From an uncultured Gemmatimonadales bacterium (GTDB taxonomy: Bacteria; Gemmatimonadota; Gemmatimonadetes; Gemmatimonadales; Gemmatimonadaceae), in the NCBI GenBank assembly GCA_963850905.1, contig CAWKMU010000003.1, forward strand, positions 3,200,001-3,264,000: a stretch of DNA of 64,000 bases, in the 5' to 3' direction. Under the pieces are notes generated by a model, which had not been told where the DNA came from, ran no database searches, and saw only the letters and a list, made by a program, of their open reading frames with translations. Made by a program: the position numbers and the translations under genes. Of this stretch, positions 1 to 10,504 are shown one piece after another; position 1 is the first letter of the stretch; every line of letters starts with the position of its first letter.

Positions 1-426
1 TCGTGGACGCTCTAGCACAACCCCCACTGGTCTTCTTGCACTACGCCCGCCACCGCCACTACGGCACCACCGTCAAGATTTGCGGAGGCGACCTTGGGTA
101 GGTGAACAGGCCGTTGACGAGGCTGTCCTGCAACAAACCCCCAGCGAAGACGTACTGCGGGTTCCAATTCTTCAGAGGCAACTGCTCATCGAATACCACG
201 GGGCGTGATTCACGAGGACGCTCGAGCCACCCGTCAGCACCACCCGCCCGCCACCGTTCCCGAACCCCATGTTGCCCGTTTCACCGTCTGACGGACCTCG
301 GAGTCGCGCCAATCTGGCATCTTCCTATCGCGCCCGTTCCGCCACAGTATCAGCGTCACAGACGTGACACCCCGCCCCCCGCAGGACTCTCCCGCAGCCT
401 GTTACTCCTCCAAAATCGACTCGGCC

Positions 427-1716
427 ATGCGTCGCTTTGCTTCCTGCCTCATTCTGATGCTGGTGTCGACCACTTCGGTCAGCGCCCAACAACACAAACC
501 GCGCGAGCGCGACCTGGGCCTCGCTGACAAGATCGGTGGCGACCCCGGCCCGCTCGACGCGATCACTGACGTCGCCGGCATCGAGCTGGGCACGCGGACG
601 CTCATCAGTGGAGAAGGGAAGCTCGTCGTCGGACAAGGACCGGTTCGCACTGGCGTCACTATGATCTTCCCGCGCGGGCGCAACAACATCGACCCGGTCT
701 TCGCCAACTGGTACTCCTATAACGGCAACGGCGAGATGACCGGCACCACCTGGATCCAGGAAGGCGGGTTCCTCGAAGGACCGATCGGCATCACCAACAC
801 GCACAGCGTCGGCGTCGTGCGTGACGCCATCATTCGATGGGAGACGCGACCCGGCCACCAAATGTTCCAGCCCTGGCAGCTCCCGGTCGCCGCCGAGACG
901 TATGACGGTGGCATGAACGACATCAATGGCTTCCACGTCACCTACGAGACCGTCTACCAGGCGATCGATAGCACGCGCGGCGGCGTGCCGCTCGAGGGCA
1001 ACGTCGGCGGCGGCACCGGGATGACCTGCTTCGGCTTCAAGGGCAGCACCGGCACCGCGTCTCGCAAACTGCCCGCAAACCAGGGCGGCTACACTGTTGG
1101 CGTTCTGGTCCAGTGCAACACCGGCGCGCGGCGCGAGCTCCGGATCGGGGGCGTGCCAGTTGGCCGCGAGCTCGCCGACACCCTGCTCCCGTGCACCGCC
1201 ACGCGCGACACGACGGTCCACCCGCGCTTCGGGCATCGCTGTCCGGGCTTCGAGGTCCCCGGTGAAACGGCACTGTTGCTCCCGTTTGGCGGCTCACGCG
1301 AAGCCGGCATCATGGAAGAGGGGCAGGGCTCCATGATCATCGTGGTCGCGACCGATGCGCCACTCCTCCCGCACCAGATCGAGCGCATGCTCAAGCGGCT
1401 GCCCGGCGGCATGGGACGCGAAGGCACCATCGCCGGCAATGGTGATGGCGACATTTTCATCGGCTTCTCCACCGCCAACCCCGGCGCCGCGACCGACACG
1501 GCGCCGACCGCCCGATTCGTCGCCAACTCCCGCATCGCCCCGCTCTTCATTGCGACGGCCCAGGCCATCGAGGCTGCCATCACCAATGGCCTGCTCAATG
1601 GTGCGGAGATGACCGGCACGGACTATCGCCGGATGTACGCGCTGCCAGTCAGTCGTCTGTCGGCAATCTTCACGAAATACGGACAGCCACTGAGCCCGGG
1701 CGCGCCCTCTCGATAG
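427..1716 (+). CDS. Secreted DmpA/P1-family (peptidase S58) L-aminopeptidase/D-esterase-like protein
   Basis: Signal peptide MRRFASCLILMLVSTTSVSA; motifs GPLDAITDVAG, NGNGEMTG, ITNTHSVG, PVAAETYDG, EGNVGGGTGM and the autoproteolysis site G|SMIIVVATDAP. Start moved to ATG427 from ORF 364. Confidence 0.9.
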   Translation: MRRFASCLILMLVSTTSVSAQQHKPRERDLGLADKIGGDPGPLDAITDVAGIELGTRTLISGEGKLVVGQGPVRTGVTMIFPRGRNNIDPVFANWYSYNGNGEMTGTTWIQEGGFLEGPIGITNTHSVGVVRDAIIRWETRPGHQMFQPWQLPVAAETYDGGMNDINGFHVTYETVYQAIDSTRGGVPLEGNVGGGTGMTCFGFKGSTGTASRKLPANQGGYTVGVLVQCNTGARRELRIGGVPVGRELADTLLPCTATRDTTVHPRFGHRCPGFEVPGETALLLPFGGSREAGIMEEGQGSMIIVVATDAPLLPHQIERMLKRLPGGMGREGTIAGNGDGDIFIGFSTANPGAATDTAPTARFVANSRIAPLFIATAQAIEAAITNGLLNGAEMTGTDYRRMYALPVSRLSAIFTKYGQPLSPGAPSR

Positions 1717-1722
1717 GGCGCC

Positions 1723-4402
1723 TTACTTCCCCGCGAGCAGCGCCTGGAACCTCGGGTTGTTCATGAGCGGTGCGAACGAAGGATCGATCTTGAGCACCGC
1801 GGGCGTGAGCCAGTACGGGGTGCGCATGAGCCGGGCGAGCGCATCGACCGCCTTGTCCGGCTCGCCGGCCAGCACATAGGTCCTCGCCAGCAGGTGCACG
1901 TAGTACGGGCCCGAGTACCCATCCTGCGCGATCGATACCATTGCGACCGCGTGCTCCCCCTCCCGCACAGCGTCGACCTTCCGCCCCAGGTACCCGAGCA
2001 CGACTCCAAGCTCCGCGTACGACTGCGCGTCGTTGGGCGCTGCCCGCAACGCCGCCTCGAAAGCCTGGCGCGCAGAGTCCGCGTACGCGTGCGCCCGCAC
2101 CTGATCGCCACGCACTGTGTAGGTCTGCGCGCGGATGAATGCCCACGGCGCCCGATCGCCAACGTCTGCCACCGGTAGCGTCAGCAGGTAGCGCTGCTGC
2201 GCATCGTCGAGCACCCAGGAGAGGTCCCAGTAGTTCCCCAGCTGCACGGCGAGCGCCGCCGAGTCGACGGTCGGCCACGCGTTGGTCACAACAGCCCGCG
2301 CGCCAGCCAGATCGCCCTGCACCAGCGGCACCTTCGCCCTCGCCTCGATCAACGCCACGTTGGTCGGTGCAATTGCGAGCCCACGGTCTGCGGCCGCCGT
2401 CGCCTCGGGGAACCGGTGCAGCCAGAGATAGGCCGTCGACAGACGGCGCACGGTCAGCACGTTCCTCGGATCGAGCGACTGTGCCTGCTGCAAGTGCGCC
2501 AGCGCGGCATCCCAGCGCCCCGCGCTTTGCTCGGCCAACGCCGCCGCCGTCAGCAGGTCGGCGTCTGATGGCGCAACGGCAAGCCCAGCGGTGAACTCCG
2601 TAAGCGCGCGAGTGATGTCGCCACGGATGTACGCGTCGTAGGCGCCGGCGGCCAAATAGGTGTCCGGGTGTCGAGGAGCGAGCGCCCGTGCTCGTTCAAC
2701 ACCTTTGCGAGCGAGGGCCTCCCGCTCGGGCGTCGTGCTGCCATCAAAAACGGCGGCGGCCTCGACCTGCGCCAGCTTCGCCCAGGCGGGCGCGAATCCG
2801 GAATCCAGCGCGACCGCCTGCTCATAGAACTGTGCCGCCGCATCCAGGCGCCCGACATGGGTCGTTCCCAAAGCCTCCAGGGCTTCGCCCTTGAGGAACA
2901 AGTCGTACGCCTCGGGATTGGCAGTCGGACGCTCGGCCAGCGTCTGTCGCGCCCCTGCATTCAGCGCGACGCCAAGGGCTTGCACCACTCGATCCGCGAT
3001 ATCGCCCTGAACCGCGAACACGTCCTTGAACGGCGCATCGAATGGCTGCTGCCACGCGTCGGTGCCGGTCGAGACGTCGACGAGCGAGGGATTGACCTGC
3101 ACGCGACTGGCTCCGCCCGATGCCTTCGCCCAACGCACCGTCCCCACGAGCAGGTAGCGCACACCACCCAACTCATCGGCGATCTGGTGCGGCGTCTTGT
3201 CAGTGTGCCGGTATTGGCTCGAGCTGCCCGACGCCACGACCGCGAGCCCTGGCACCGTGGTCAGTTTTCCGCGTACCGCTTCCGTCAGGCCGTCCGCAAA
3301 GTACGCGTCACTCGTATCGCCAATGTTCTCGAACGGGAGCACCGCGACACGGAGCGGTCGCCGTCGAAGACGCTGCCAGCCTGTGGGAGCGCCATGCGAA
3401 GAGCACGCCTACCCCGATCACGAACCCCAGCCCCAGCAACGCCACGCCGGCAGGGAAGGGACGCCGTGACCCGGCCACAGGCAGCGGCATCGCAGGCGGG
3501 CGTGACTCCGCGCTCACGGCGCTCTGCGTGACCGCTCCCGTCGCACCCGAACGCTCGGCCGCTTCGAGCGCCTGGGCGAACAGCACGGGGGTTGCGAACC
3601 GGTCTGCGGGGACGGGTGACAGCGCCTTCTGGATTGCCGCGTCGATTCCGGGCGGCGCAGCGGGTCGCGTCCGCCGTACTGATGGAGTGTCACCCGACAA
3701 CACCTTCGCAAGAATCGCCTGGGACGTTGCGCCGGTGAACGGCGGCTCGCCCACCAGCATCTCGAAGCACACCGCCGCCAGCCCGTACACATCCGTCCGC
3801 GCATCGATGTGGCTGTCACCACTCGCCTGCTCTGGACTCATGTAGGTCGGAGTCCCGATGGCGATCCCGGTCCCCGTGATCGGATGCTCGCCCGTGTGGT
3901 TCCTGAGCGTACGCGCGATGCCGAAGTCCGCGACCAGCGCCTGGCCGTCGGCCGTCAGGAGGATGTTCTCGGGTTTGACGTCGCGGTGGATCACGCCGTG
4001 CCGGTGCGCATAGTCGAGCGCCTGCGCGACTTCCCTCGTGATGCGGACCGCGTCCTCGGACGACAGCTGCCGCTCTCGCCGGAGCCGATTCCGCAAGCTC
4101 TCGCCTTCGACGAACGGCATCGTGAACCACAGCAGGCCGTCTGCCGTTTCGCCCGAATCGAGGACGGTCAGGATGTGCGGGTGCTGGAGCTTCGCCGCGA
4201 ACGTGATCTCGCGCCGGAAACGCTCCGGCCCAAGCGTTTCCGCGAGCTCCAGGTGCAGCACCTTGAGCGCGACCGGGCGCCGATGCTTCAGGTCTTCGGC
4301 CAGGTACACGGTCGCCATGCCGCCCCGACCAATCTCGCGACCGATCGTGTACTGGGCGGCCAGTGCGGCCTGTAACCGCGCCAGCAGTTCGGCTTGGGTC
4401 AC
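1723..4402 (-). CDS. Hanks-type Ser/Thr protein kinase with TM segment, TolB_N-like domain and TPR repeats (copy 1), split by one extra base near 3355
   Basis: ORF 3308..4402 has GRGGMATVYLA, VALKVL, HRDVKPENILL, DFGIA, GTPTYMSPE and a TM helix. ORF 1723..3342 continues with VAVLPFEN and TPRs. It is colinear with the intact paralog at 6132..8810, and removing one base restores GPLRVAVLPFEN. Confidence 0.9.
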
Positions 4403-4419
4403 GACGGCAGCGAGCTCAT
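4399..4419 (-). other. Candidate hexapeptide uORF MSSLPS* whose TGA overlaps the kinase GTG start (copy 1)
   Basis: Minus strand reads ATG AGC TCG CTG CCG TCG TGA with a GTGA overlap. It is preceded by TATCTT (4435-4440) and conserved upstream of the second kinase. Confidence 0.55.
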
Positions 4420-4457
4420 GTCAGAGCGCTCAACAAGATACCTGCCAATTTAGAGGG

Positions 4458-4560
4458 TTGGACGTTAGACGTTGGACGTTGGAGACAACCTCGAGGGGCG
4501 GTCAGCTGCAGCGCGGCCCCGTTTGAGCTTTGTCTCCAACGTCCAACGTCGAACGTCCAG
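4458..4560. repeat. Palindromic element with (TTGGACG)n heptamer arms, family A copy 1
   Basis: Left arm TTGGACGTTAGACGTTGGACGTTGGAGACAA (4458-4488) is the near-perfect inverse of right arm TTGTCTCCAACGTCCAACGTCGAACGTCCAG (4530-4560), with a GC-rich inner stem. Confidence 0.85.
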
Positions 4561-4573
4561 CGCCGAGTCCCAG

Positions 4574-6112
4574 CTACATCGCGTGCGCCGCCGCCCGCGC
4601 GCCATCCAGCAACCGCTGACGCGCCGCGCTGTCGATGAGTTGGCCGCGCAGCACGACCGCCGAGATGCGCTGTGTGTTGTGGATGTCGGCGAGCGGGTCG
4701 GCGTCGAGTAGCACCATGTCGGCGACCTTGCCGCGCTCGAGGGTGCCAAGCGAATCGGTCGCGCCGAGGAAGCGCGCCGGCTCGACGGTCGCCGCCTGCA
4801 ACGCCTCCATCGGCGTCAGCCCGGACTCCACGAAGTTTGCCAGCTCGTCGTGCAAGCTGAATCCCCAGTACACCCACGGGTTGCTGACGTCGGTCCCAAC
4901 GAGCAGGCCAACGCCGGCACGGTGCATCGCGCCCACGATCTGCTCGTGACGGGCGAAGAACGCCTTGGCGACGGCAACGTCCCCCGGCCGAAATAGCATC
5001 TGCCGCTGTCTGACCAACGCTTGCCACCACGCGGTATCGGCGGCCGCCATATAGGCGCGTCGCGGGTCATGCGTGAACGCGCTGTCGAGCGCGTAATAGG
5101 TGCCGCGGAGCACCGTCAGGGTGGGTACCTGCCAGGTGTGATCGCGGACGAAGCGCTGGAACAGCGGCGCGCACACACCGAGTGAGAACGTCGTATTCAA
5201 CAGGGTCGTCCGCTTGAGGATCTGCGCGCGCATCGCCGCCGGCGACGGCATCGCACCTGGATTCACCTGCCGGCTCGCCGACTCCACTTCCGCCGGCCGA
5301 CTGGAGCACGCCTCCGCCATTTTGATGAGGTGCTCCATGCTGACTTGGCCGGCGTCGGCGGCATCGGCGAGCGAGACCGCGATTGGCACGTGCCCCGCGA
5401 AAGGAATGCCGCGCCGCTTGGTCTCATCCGCGATCGCGAGGTACTCGTCGCGTGATAGTCCGTCGTACACCTTGATGAACGCCGCACCCCGCTCCTGCTC
5501 CTTGCGCACCATCGCTCGCGCTTCGGCCGTGTCGTGGATCGGGATCGCCCCGTCCCACCGGGGATGGGGTCCGTCGAACATGTCGCTCCCCACCACCATG
5601 CGGGGCCCGACCTGCGTGCCTGCCGCAATGTCGCGTTCCCACTTGTGGATCAGATCGATCGTCGGGCTGTGCTCGGGATTGTACGCGGTGTCGTTGTCGG
5701 CACACTTCCCGAAGCAGTCGCCCGCCATGTCGCGCACACCGACCACGCCATTGGCGACCTCGAGGGGCAGCACGATCGTCCGCTCGTACCGATCCCACGT
5801 CGAGTGCATATGCATGTCCCACAGCCCGGGAATGAGGAACTTCCCGGTGCCGTCGACCACCGTCGATCCGCTGGGCGGTGAGATGGAATCGCTCGGGCCG
5901 ACCGCCGTGATGCGGCCGCCGGTGGCCACCACGGTCATGTTGGATTTCGCCGCCGCGCCGGTCATGTCGATGACCGTCACATGGGTAACTGCCACGGGTC
6001 GAGCGGAGCCATCTGGAGGCGTGCGGTCCGCCACCTGACCGCCGCTGCATGCGGTCGCGGCAAACACCACCCACGTTGTCCGGACGAGCTGCCTTCGGCA
6101 TCGAGTTTTCAC
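4574..6112 (-). CDS. Amidohydrolase family protein (secreted or lipoprotein)
   Basis: DGTGKFLIPGLWDMHMH metal motif, AAFIKVY, FAGHVP, SMEH, LVGTD, SLHDEL, GKVADMVLLDADPL. GGAGG precedes GTG6112; the N-terminal AATAC is lipobox-like. Confidence 0.9.
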   Translation of the reverse strand: MKTRCRRQLVRTTWVVFAATACSGGQVADRTPPDGSARPVAVTHVTVIDMTGAAAKSNMTVVATGGRITAVGPSDSISPPSGSTVVDGTGKFLIPGLWDMHMHSTWDRYERTIVLPLEVANGVVGVRDMAGDCFGKCADNDTAYNPEHSPTIDLIHKWERDIAAGTQVGPRMVVGSDMFDGPHPRWDGAIPIHDTAEARAMVRKEQERGAAFIKVYDGLSRDEYLAIADETKRRGIPFAGHVPIAVSLADAADAGQVSMEHLIKMAEACSSRPAEVESASRQVNPGAMPSPAAMRAQILKRTTLLNTTFSLGVCAPLFQRFVRDHTWQVPTLTVLRGTYYALDSAFTHDPRRAYMAAADTAWWQALVRQRQMLFRPGDVAVAKAFFARHEQIVGAMHRAGVGLLVGTDVSNPWVYWGFSLHDELANFVESGLTPMEALQAATVEPARFLGATDSLGTLERGKVADMVLLDADPLADIHNTQRISAVVLRGQLIDSAARQRLLDGARAAAHAM

Positions 6113-6131
6113 GAGTGCTGCCTCCGCGGCC

Positions 6132-8810
6132 TTAGTTCGCTGCGAGGAGCGCTTGGAACTTCGGGTTGTTGCGCAACGGGGCAAACGAGGGATCGATCTT
6201 GAGCAGCGCCGGCGTGACCCAATAGGGCGTGTGCATCACCCGCGCGAGCGCATCGATCGCCTTGTCCGGCTCGCCGACGAGTACGTAGGTGCGGGCAAGC
6301 AGATGCTCGTAATACGGGCCCGAGTAGCCATCCTGCGCGATCGGCACCATCGCGACCGCGTGTTCACCCTCGCGCAACGCGTCGGTTTTCCGCCCTACCA
6401 TGGCCAGTGCGATCGCCATTTCCGCATGCGACTGCGCGTCCTCCGGGGTAGCCCGCAACACGACTTCGAACGCCTCACGCGCGGAGTCCGCATAGGCGCG
6501 CATTCGCAGCTGATCGCCGCGAACAGCATACGTCTCGGCCCGAACCATCGCCCATGGCGCCCGGTCGCCGAATGCCGCCACCGGCAGTGACAGGAGGAAT
6601 CGCTGCTGCGTGTCGTCGAGCACCCAGTATAGATCCCAAAAGTTCGACATCTGCACCGCGAGCCCAGCAGAATCAGCGACCGGCCACGCATTCGCGACGA
6701 TTGCACGCGCACCGGCCAGATCGCCCTCTGCAACGGGCACCATCGCTTTCGCCTCGATCAGTGCCACGTTTGTCGGCGAAAGGGTGAGCCCTCGATCTGC
6801 CGCCGTTGTGGCTTCACTGAACCGGTGCAGCCACAGATACGTCGTCGACAACCGTCGTGCCGTAAGGACGTTTCGCGGATCCAAGGACTGCGCGTGTTGC
6901 AAGTGCACAAGTGCTGAGTCCCATCGACCAAGGCTCTGCTCCGTCACGGCTGCCATAGTCAGGAGATCGGCGTTCGAAGGCGCTCTCTCGATCCCCGCGC
7001 TGAGCTCCGCGAGCGCGCGAGTGTTGTCGTTGCGGATGAAACCATCGTAAGCGCCCTCTGCCAGATACGTCTCGGCCCGTCTCGGCGCCAGCGCTCGCGC
7101 GCGCTCCGTGGCCTGGCGAGCGAGGGCCGCTCGTTCGGGCGTCGTGCTGCCATCAAAAAACGCCGCTGCCTCGACCTGAGCGAGCTTCGCCCACGCCGGC
7201 GCGAACCCGGAGTCGAGCGCGATGGCCCCCTCATAGAACTGCGCGGCGCGATCGAGGGACCCGATATTCGTCGATCCCAACGCTTGCATGGCCTCGCCTT
7301 TCAGAAACGTGTCATAGGCCTGAAGGTTCGTCGTTGGCCGCTCCGCCAAGGTCTGCTGCGCCCCGGCGTTGAGGGCAACTCCCAGCGCCTGGACCACGCG
7401 TCCGGCAATGTCGCCTTGAACTGCGAACACATCTTTGAACGGCGCGTCGAACGGCTGCTGCCATGCGTCTGTTCCGGTGGTCACGTCGATCAGCGACGGA
7501 CTCACCTGCACGCGACTTTCGCCGCCCGGCACCTTCGCCCACCGCACCTTGCCCACGAGGAGATAGCGTACCCCGCCCAACTCCTCTCCGATCTGCTGCG
7601 GCGTCTTGTCCGTATGCTTGTATTGGCTCGAGCTGCCCGACGCGACAACGGCGAGCCCTGGAACGGTGGTCAACTTGCCGCGCACGGCATCGGTCAAGCC
7701 GTCGGCGAAATACGCGTCGCTCGAGTCCCCAATGTTCTCGAACGGCAGAACCGCAACCCGCACTGGACCCTCAGGCGCCGTTGCCGTGTTGTGCGATCGC
7801 CAGGCGAACAGCACACCCACGCCAATCACGAAACCGAGCCCCAAGAGCGCAGCCCCCGCCGGCATGCGCCGCCGCCCGCTCGTGCCTCCCGTTCCCTGCG
7901 ACACCGGAGTTGATTGCGACGGTGCGGTGGGATGCGCTATCGCGCCGGTCGGGGCCGATCGCTCAGCCGCCTCGAGAGCCTGGGAGAACTGCACAGGCGT
8001 CGCGAATCGGTCGGCGGGCACCGGCGACAGCGCCTTCTGAATGGCGGCGTCAACGCTAACCGGCGTCGCCGGTCTCGTCCGCCGAATCGACGGCACCTCG
8101 CCGGACAACACTTTCGCCAGGATCGCCTGTGACGTCGCCCCGGTAAACGGCGGCTCGCCGACCAGCATCTCGTAACACACGGCACCAAGCCCGTAGACAT
8201 CGGTGCGCGCATCCACGTGACTGTCGCCGCTCGCCTGTTCGGGACTCATGTACGTGGGTGTCCCGACGGCAATGCCGCTCCCCGTGAGGGGATGCTCGTC
8301 GGTGTGTCCCTTCAGGGCCCGCGCGATGCCGAAGTCCGCCACCAGCGCCTGCCCATCAGCAGTAAGCAGAATGTTCTCTGGCTTGACGTCCCGATGGATC
8401 ACGCCGTGTCGGTGCGCGTAGTCCAGCGCCTGCGCGACCTCTCGCGTGATTCGAATGGCATCCTCGGACGACAGCTGGCGCTCCCGACGCAAGCGCCCGC
8501 GCAGGCTCTCACCCTCGACAAACGGCATCGTGAACCACAGGAGCCCCTCTGCCGCCTCTCCCGAATCCAGGACGGTCAGGATGTGCGGGTGCTGGAGCTG
8601 CGCGGCAAATTCGATCTCCCGGCGAAAGCGCTCGGGGCCCAGTGACTCCGCAAGCTCCGAGTGCAGCACCTTGAGCGCGACCGGACGCCGGTGCTTCAGG
8701 TCCCGGGCCAGATAAACAGTCGCCATACCGCCTCGGCCGATCTCTCGATCGATCGAGTATTGTGAGGCTAGGGCGCCCCGCAATCGGTCGAGCAGTGCGG
8801 CTTGGGTCAC
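6132..8810 (-). CDS. Hanks-type Ser/Thr protein kinase with TM segment, TolB_N-like domain and TPR repeats (copy 2, intact)
   Basis: All kinase subdomain motifs are present, then TM AALLGLGFVIGVGVLFAW, VAVLPFENIG and a TPR-like C-terminus. Start GTG8810 was set by alignment to copy 1 (MTQAALL vs MTQAELL). Confidence 0.93.
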   Translation of the reverse strand: MTQAALLDRLRGALASQYSIDREIGRGGMATVYLARDLKHRRPVALKVLHSELAESLGPERFRREIEFAAQLQHPHILTVLDSGEAAEGLLWFTMPFVEGESLRGRLRRERQLSSEDAIRITREVAQALDYAHRHGVIHRDVKPENILLTADGQALVADFGIARALKGHTDEHPLTGSGIAVGTPTYMSPEQASGDSHVDARTDVYGLGAVCYEMLVGEPPFTGATSQAILAKVLSGEVPSIRRTRPATPVSVDAAIQKALSPVPADRFATPVQFSQALEAAERSAPTGAIAHPTAPSQSTPVSQGTGGTSGRRRMPAGAALLGLGFVIGVGVLFAWRSHNTATAPEGPVRVAVLPFENIGDSSDAYFADGLTDAVRGKLTTVPGLAVVASGSSSQYKHTDKTPQQIGEELGGVRYLLVGKVRWAKVPGGESRVQVSPSLIDVTTGTDAWQQPFDAPFKDVFAVQGDIAGRVVQALGVALNAGAQQTLAERPTTNLQAYDTFLKGEAMQALGSTNIGSLDRAAQFYEGAIALDSGFAPAWAKLAQVEAAAFFDGSTTPERAALARQATERARALAPRRAETYLAEGAYDGFIRNDNTRALAELSAGIERAPSNADLLTMAAVTEQSLGRWDSALVHLQHAQSLDPRNVLTARRLSTTYLWLHRFSEATTAADRGLTLSPTNVALIEAKAMVPVAEGDLAGARAIVANAWPVADSAGLAVQMSNFWDLYWVLDDTQQRFLLSLPVAAFGDRAPWAMVRAETYAVRGDQLRMRAYADSAREAFEVVLRATPEDAQSHAEMAIALAMVGRKTDALREGEHAVAMVPIAQDGYSGPYYEHLLARTYVLVGEPDKAIDALARVMHTPYWVTPALLKIDPSFAPLRNNPKFQALLAAN

Positions 8811-8827
8811 GACGGCAGCGAACTCAT
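8807..8827 (-). other. Candidate hexapeptide uORF MSSLPS* overlapping the kinase start (copy 2)
   Basis: Minus strand reads ATG AGT TCG CTG CCG TCG TGA. TATCTT at 8843-8848 has the same 15-nt spacing to the ATG as in copy 1. Confidence 0.55.
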
Positions 8828-9043
8828 GTCTGGACGGTGAAGAAGATACCTGCCGATCAAGAGACTGGTAGACGCGATTTCGCAACGTAGTGCCCGCACC
8901 GGCTGGCAGATGCCGGCCACGGCTCGTCCCGCCGCCTGTCCCCGGTCCGTTTTCCGCCCTTCTCGGGCGAGTTAGCGCCCGCCCTGTCCGCTTCCTTAGT
9001 TTCCGTAACTTCTTCACATGCTCCCCCGCGCCACATCCATCGC

Positions 9044-10504
9044 ATGAATCACATGTCTGGTATCGCCAGTTCGTCCCGACGTCGAATAATCCACCTGGCT
9101 CGCAGGGCTGGCGTCGCAGTTCTTGCGCTGGCGCTCTGCGCCGCGCGCGGCCGTGCGCAGGCTGCGCTCTCGCCAGATCAGGCCCTCGCACGCGATATCC
9201 TCCGCGAGCTGATCGGCATCAACACGACGTACAGCGCGGGGAACACGACCGTCGCCGCCCAGGCGCTGGCCAAACGCCTCCTCGATGCTGGCTTTCCCGC
9301 GGCCGACGTCCAGGTCCTGGGCCCGCGGCCCAAGAATCAGAATCTCGTCGCGAGACTGCGGGGGACTGGCGCACAGAAGCCCATCCTCCTCCTCGCGCAC
9401 CTCGACGTCGTCGAGGCGCGGCGCGAGGACTGGTCGCTCGACCCGTTCACGCTGACGGAGCGCGATGGGTTCTTCTACGGACGCGGCACGAGCGACATCA
9501 AAGACGGCGCGGCGATCTGGGTCGCGACGTTGATCCGCCTCAAGCGGGAGGGGTACCGTCCGGACCGTGACATCATCCTGGCGCTCACCGCGGGTGAGGA
9601 ATCGAGCGACGACTACAACGGCGTCCAATGGCTCGTCGAGAACCACCATGACCTGATCGACGCCGAGTATTGCCTCAACGCCGACGCCGGCGATCCCGAG
9701 ATCAAACACGGCAAACTGATCGCACGTACGGTACAGGCGAGCGAGAAGGTCTTCGAGAGTTTCAAGCTCGAGGTCCACAACCCCGGCGGCCACAGCTCGC
9801 TGCCCCGGAAGGACAATGCGATTTACCGGCTCGCGGCTGCGTTGGGCCGCCTGTCCCAATTCCAGTTTCCGATCGACCTCAACGAGGTCACACGGAACTA
9901 CTTCACCCACACAGCCGCGACAGAGACCGGCCAGGTGAGCGCCGACATGCGCGCCGTCGCGGCGAGTACTCCCAACCTGGCGGCCGCCGCGCGCTTGTCC
10001 GCCGTCCCGCTCTACAACGCGCTGCTGCGTACGACCTGCGTGGCGACCATGCTCGAGGGCGGCCATGCCGAGAATGCGCTCCCCCAAATGGCTCGCGCGA
10101 CGGTGAACTGCCGCATCCTGCCAACCGAGTCCGCCGATGAAGTCCAACGCACGCTCGTGCGAGTGATCGCTGACACCGCGGTCGCGCTGACGCCGCTTGC
10201 ACCGGCGAAGCCAAGCCCACCGTCACCACTCACGCCCGCGGTGATGAAACCGATCGAGCAGGTCACGGCATCGCTCTGGCCGGGCGTACCCGTGATTACT
10301 GTGATGGAGACCGGCGCGACCGACGGCCTCTACCTGCGGAACGCCGGGATGCCGACCTACGGCGTGTCCGGCGTCGCGATCGACATCGACGACGTGCGTG
10401 CCCACGGCCGCGACGAGCGGATCAGCGTGAGCGCGTACTACGCCGCGCTGCCCTACATTCACGACCTCGTCGTCGCGCTCACTTCGCCGAAGGTGGCATC
10501 ATGA
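9044..10504 (+). CDS. M20/M25/M40 family metallopeptidase (secreted), tandem copy 1
   Basis: PILLLAHLDVV, YGRGTSDIK, TAGEE, GGHSSLP, GHAENALP, GATDG, AHGRDER; N-terminal signal peptide. Confidence 0.92.
   Translation: MNHMSGIASSSRRRIIHLARRAGVAVLALALCAARGRAQAALSPDQALARDILRELIGINTTYSAGNTTVAAQALAKRLLDAGFPAADVQVLGPRPKNQNLVARLRGTGAQKPILLLAHLDVVEARREDWSLDPFTLTERDGFFYGRGTSDIKDGAAIWVATLIRLKREGYRPDRDIILALTAGEESSDDYNGVQWLVENHHDLIDAEYCLNADAGDPEIKHGKLIARTVQASEKVFESFKLEVHNPGGHSSLPRKDNAIYRLAAALGRLSQFQFPIDLNEVTRNYFTHTAATETGQVSADMRAVAASTPNLAAAARLSAVPLYNALLRTTCVATMLEGGHAENALPQMARATVNCRILPTESADEVQRTLVRVIADTAVALTPLAPAKPSPPSPLTPAVMKPIEQVTASLWPGVPVITVMETGATDGLYLRNAGMPTYGVSGVAIDIDDVRAHGRDERISVSAYYAALPYIHDLVVALTSPKVAS

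Noticed and set aside
1..426. Possible gene or ncRNA in the first 420 bp
   Set aside because: No frame gives a recognisable protein and no RNA motif was recognised; left unresolved.
4458..4560. Heptamer arrays as a CRISPR array
   Set aside because: Units are 7 bp with no unique spacers, arranged as inverted arms, and there are no cas genes.
8990..9020. 9-bp imperfect direct repeat TTCCTTAGT/TTCCGTAAC/TTCTTCAC upstream of the M20 genes
   Set aside because: Too degenerate and single-copy to call an operator.
8811..9191. 127-aa N-terminal extension of kinase 2 in the ORF track (1019 aa)
   Set aside because: It overlaps the divergent M20 gene, and paralog alignment places the start at GTG8810.
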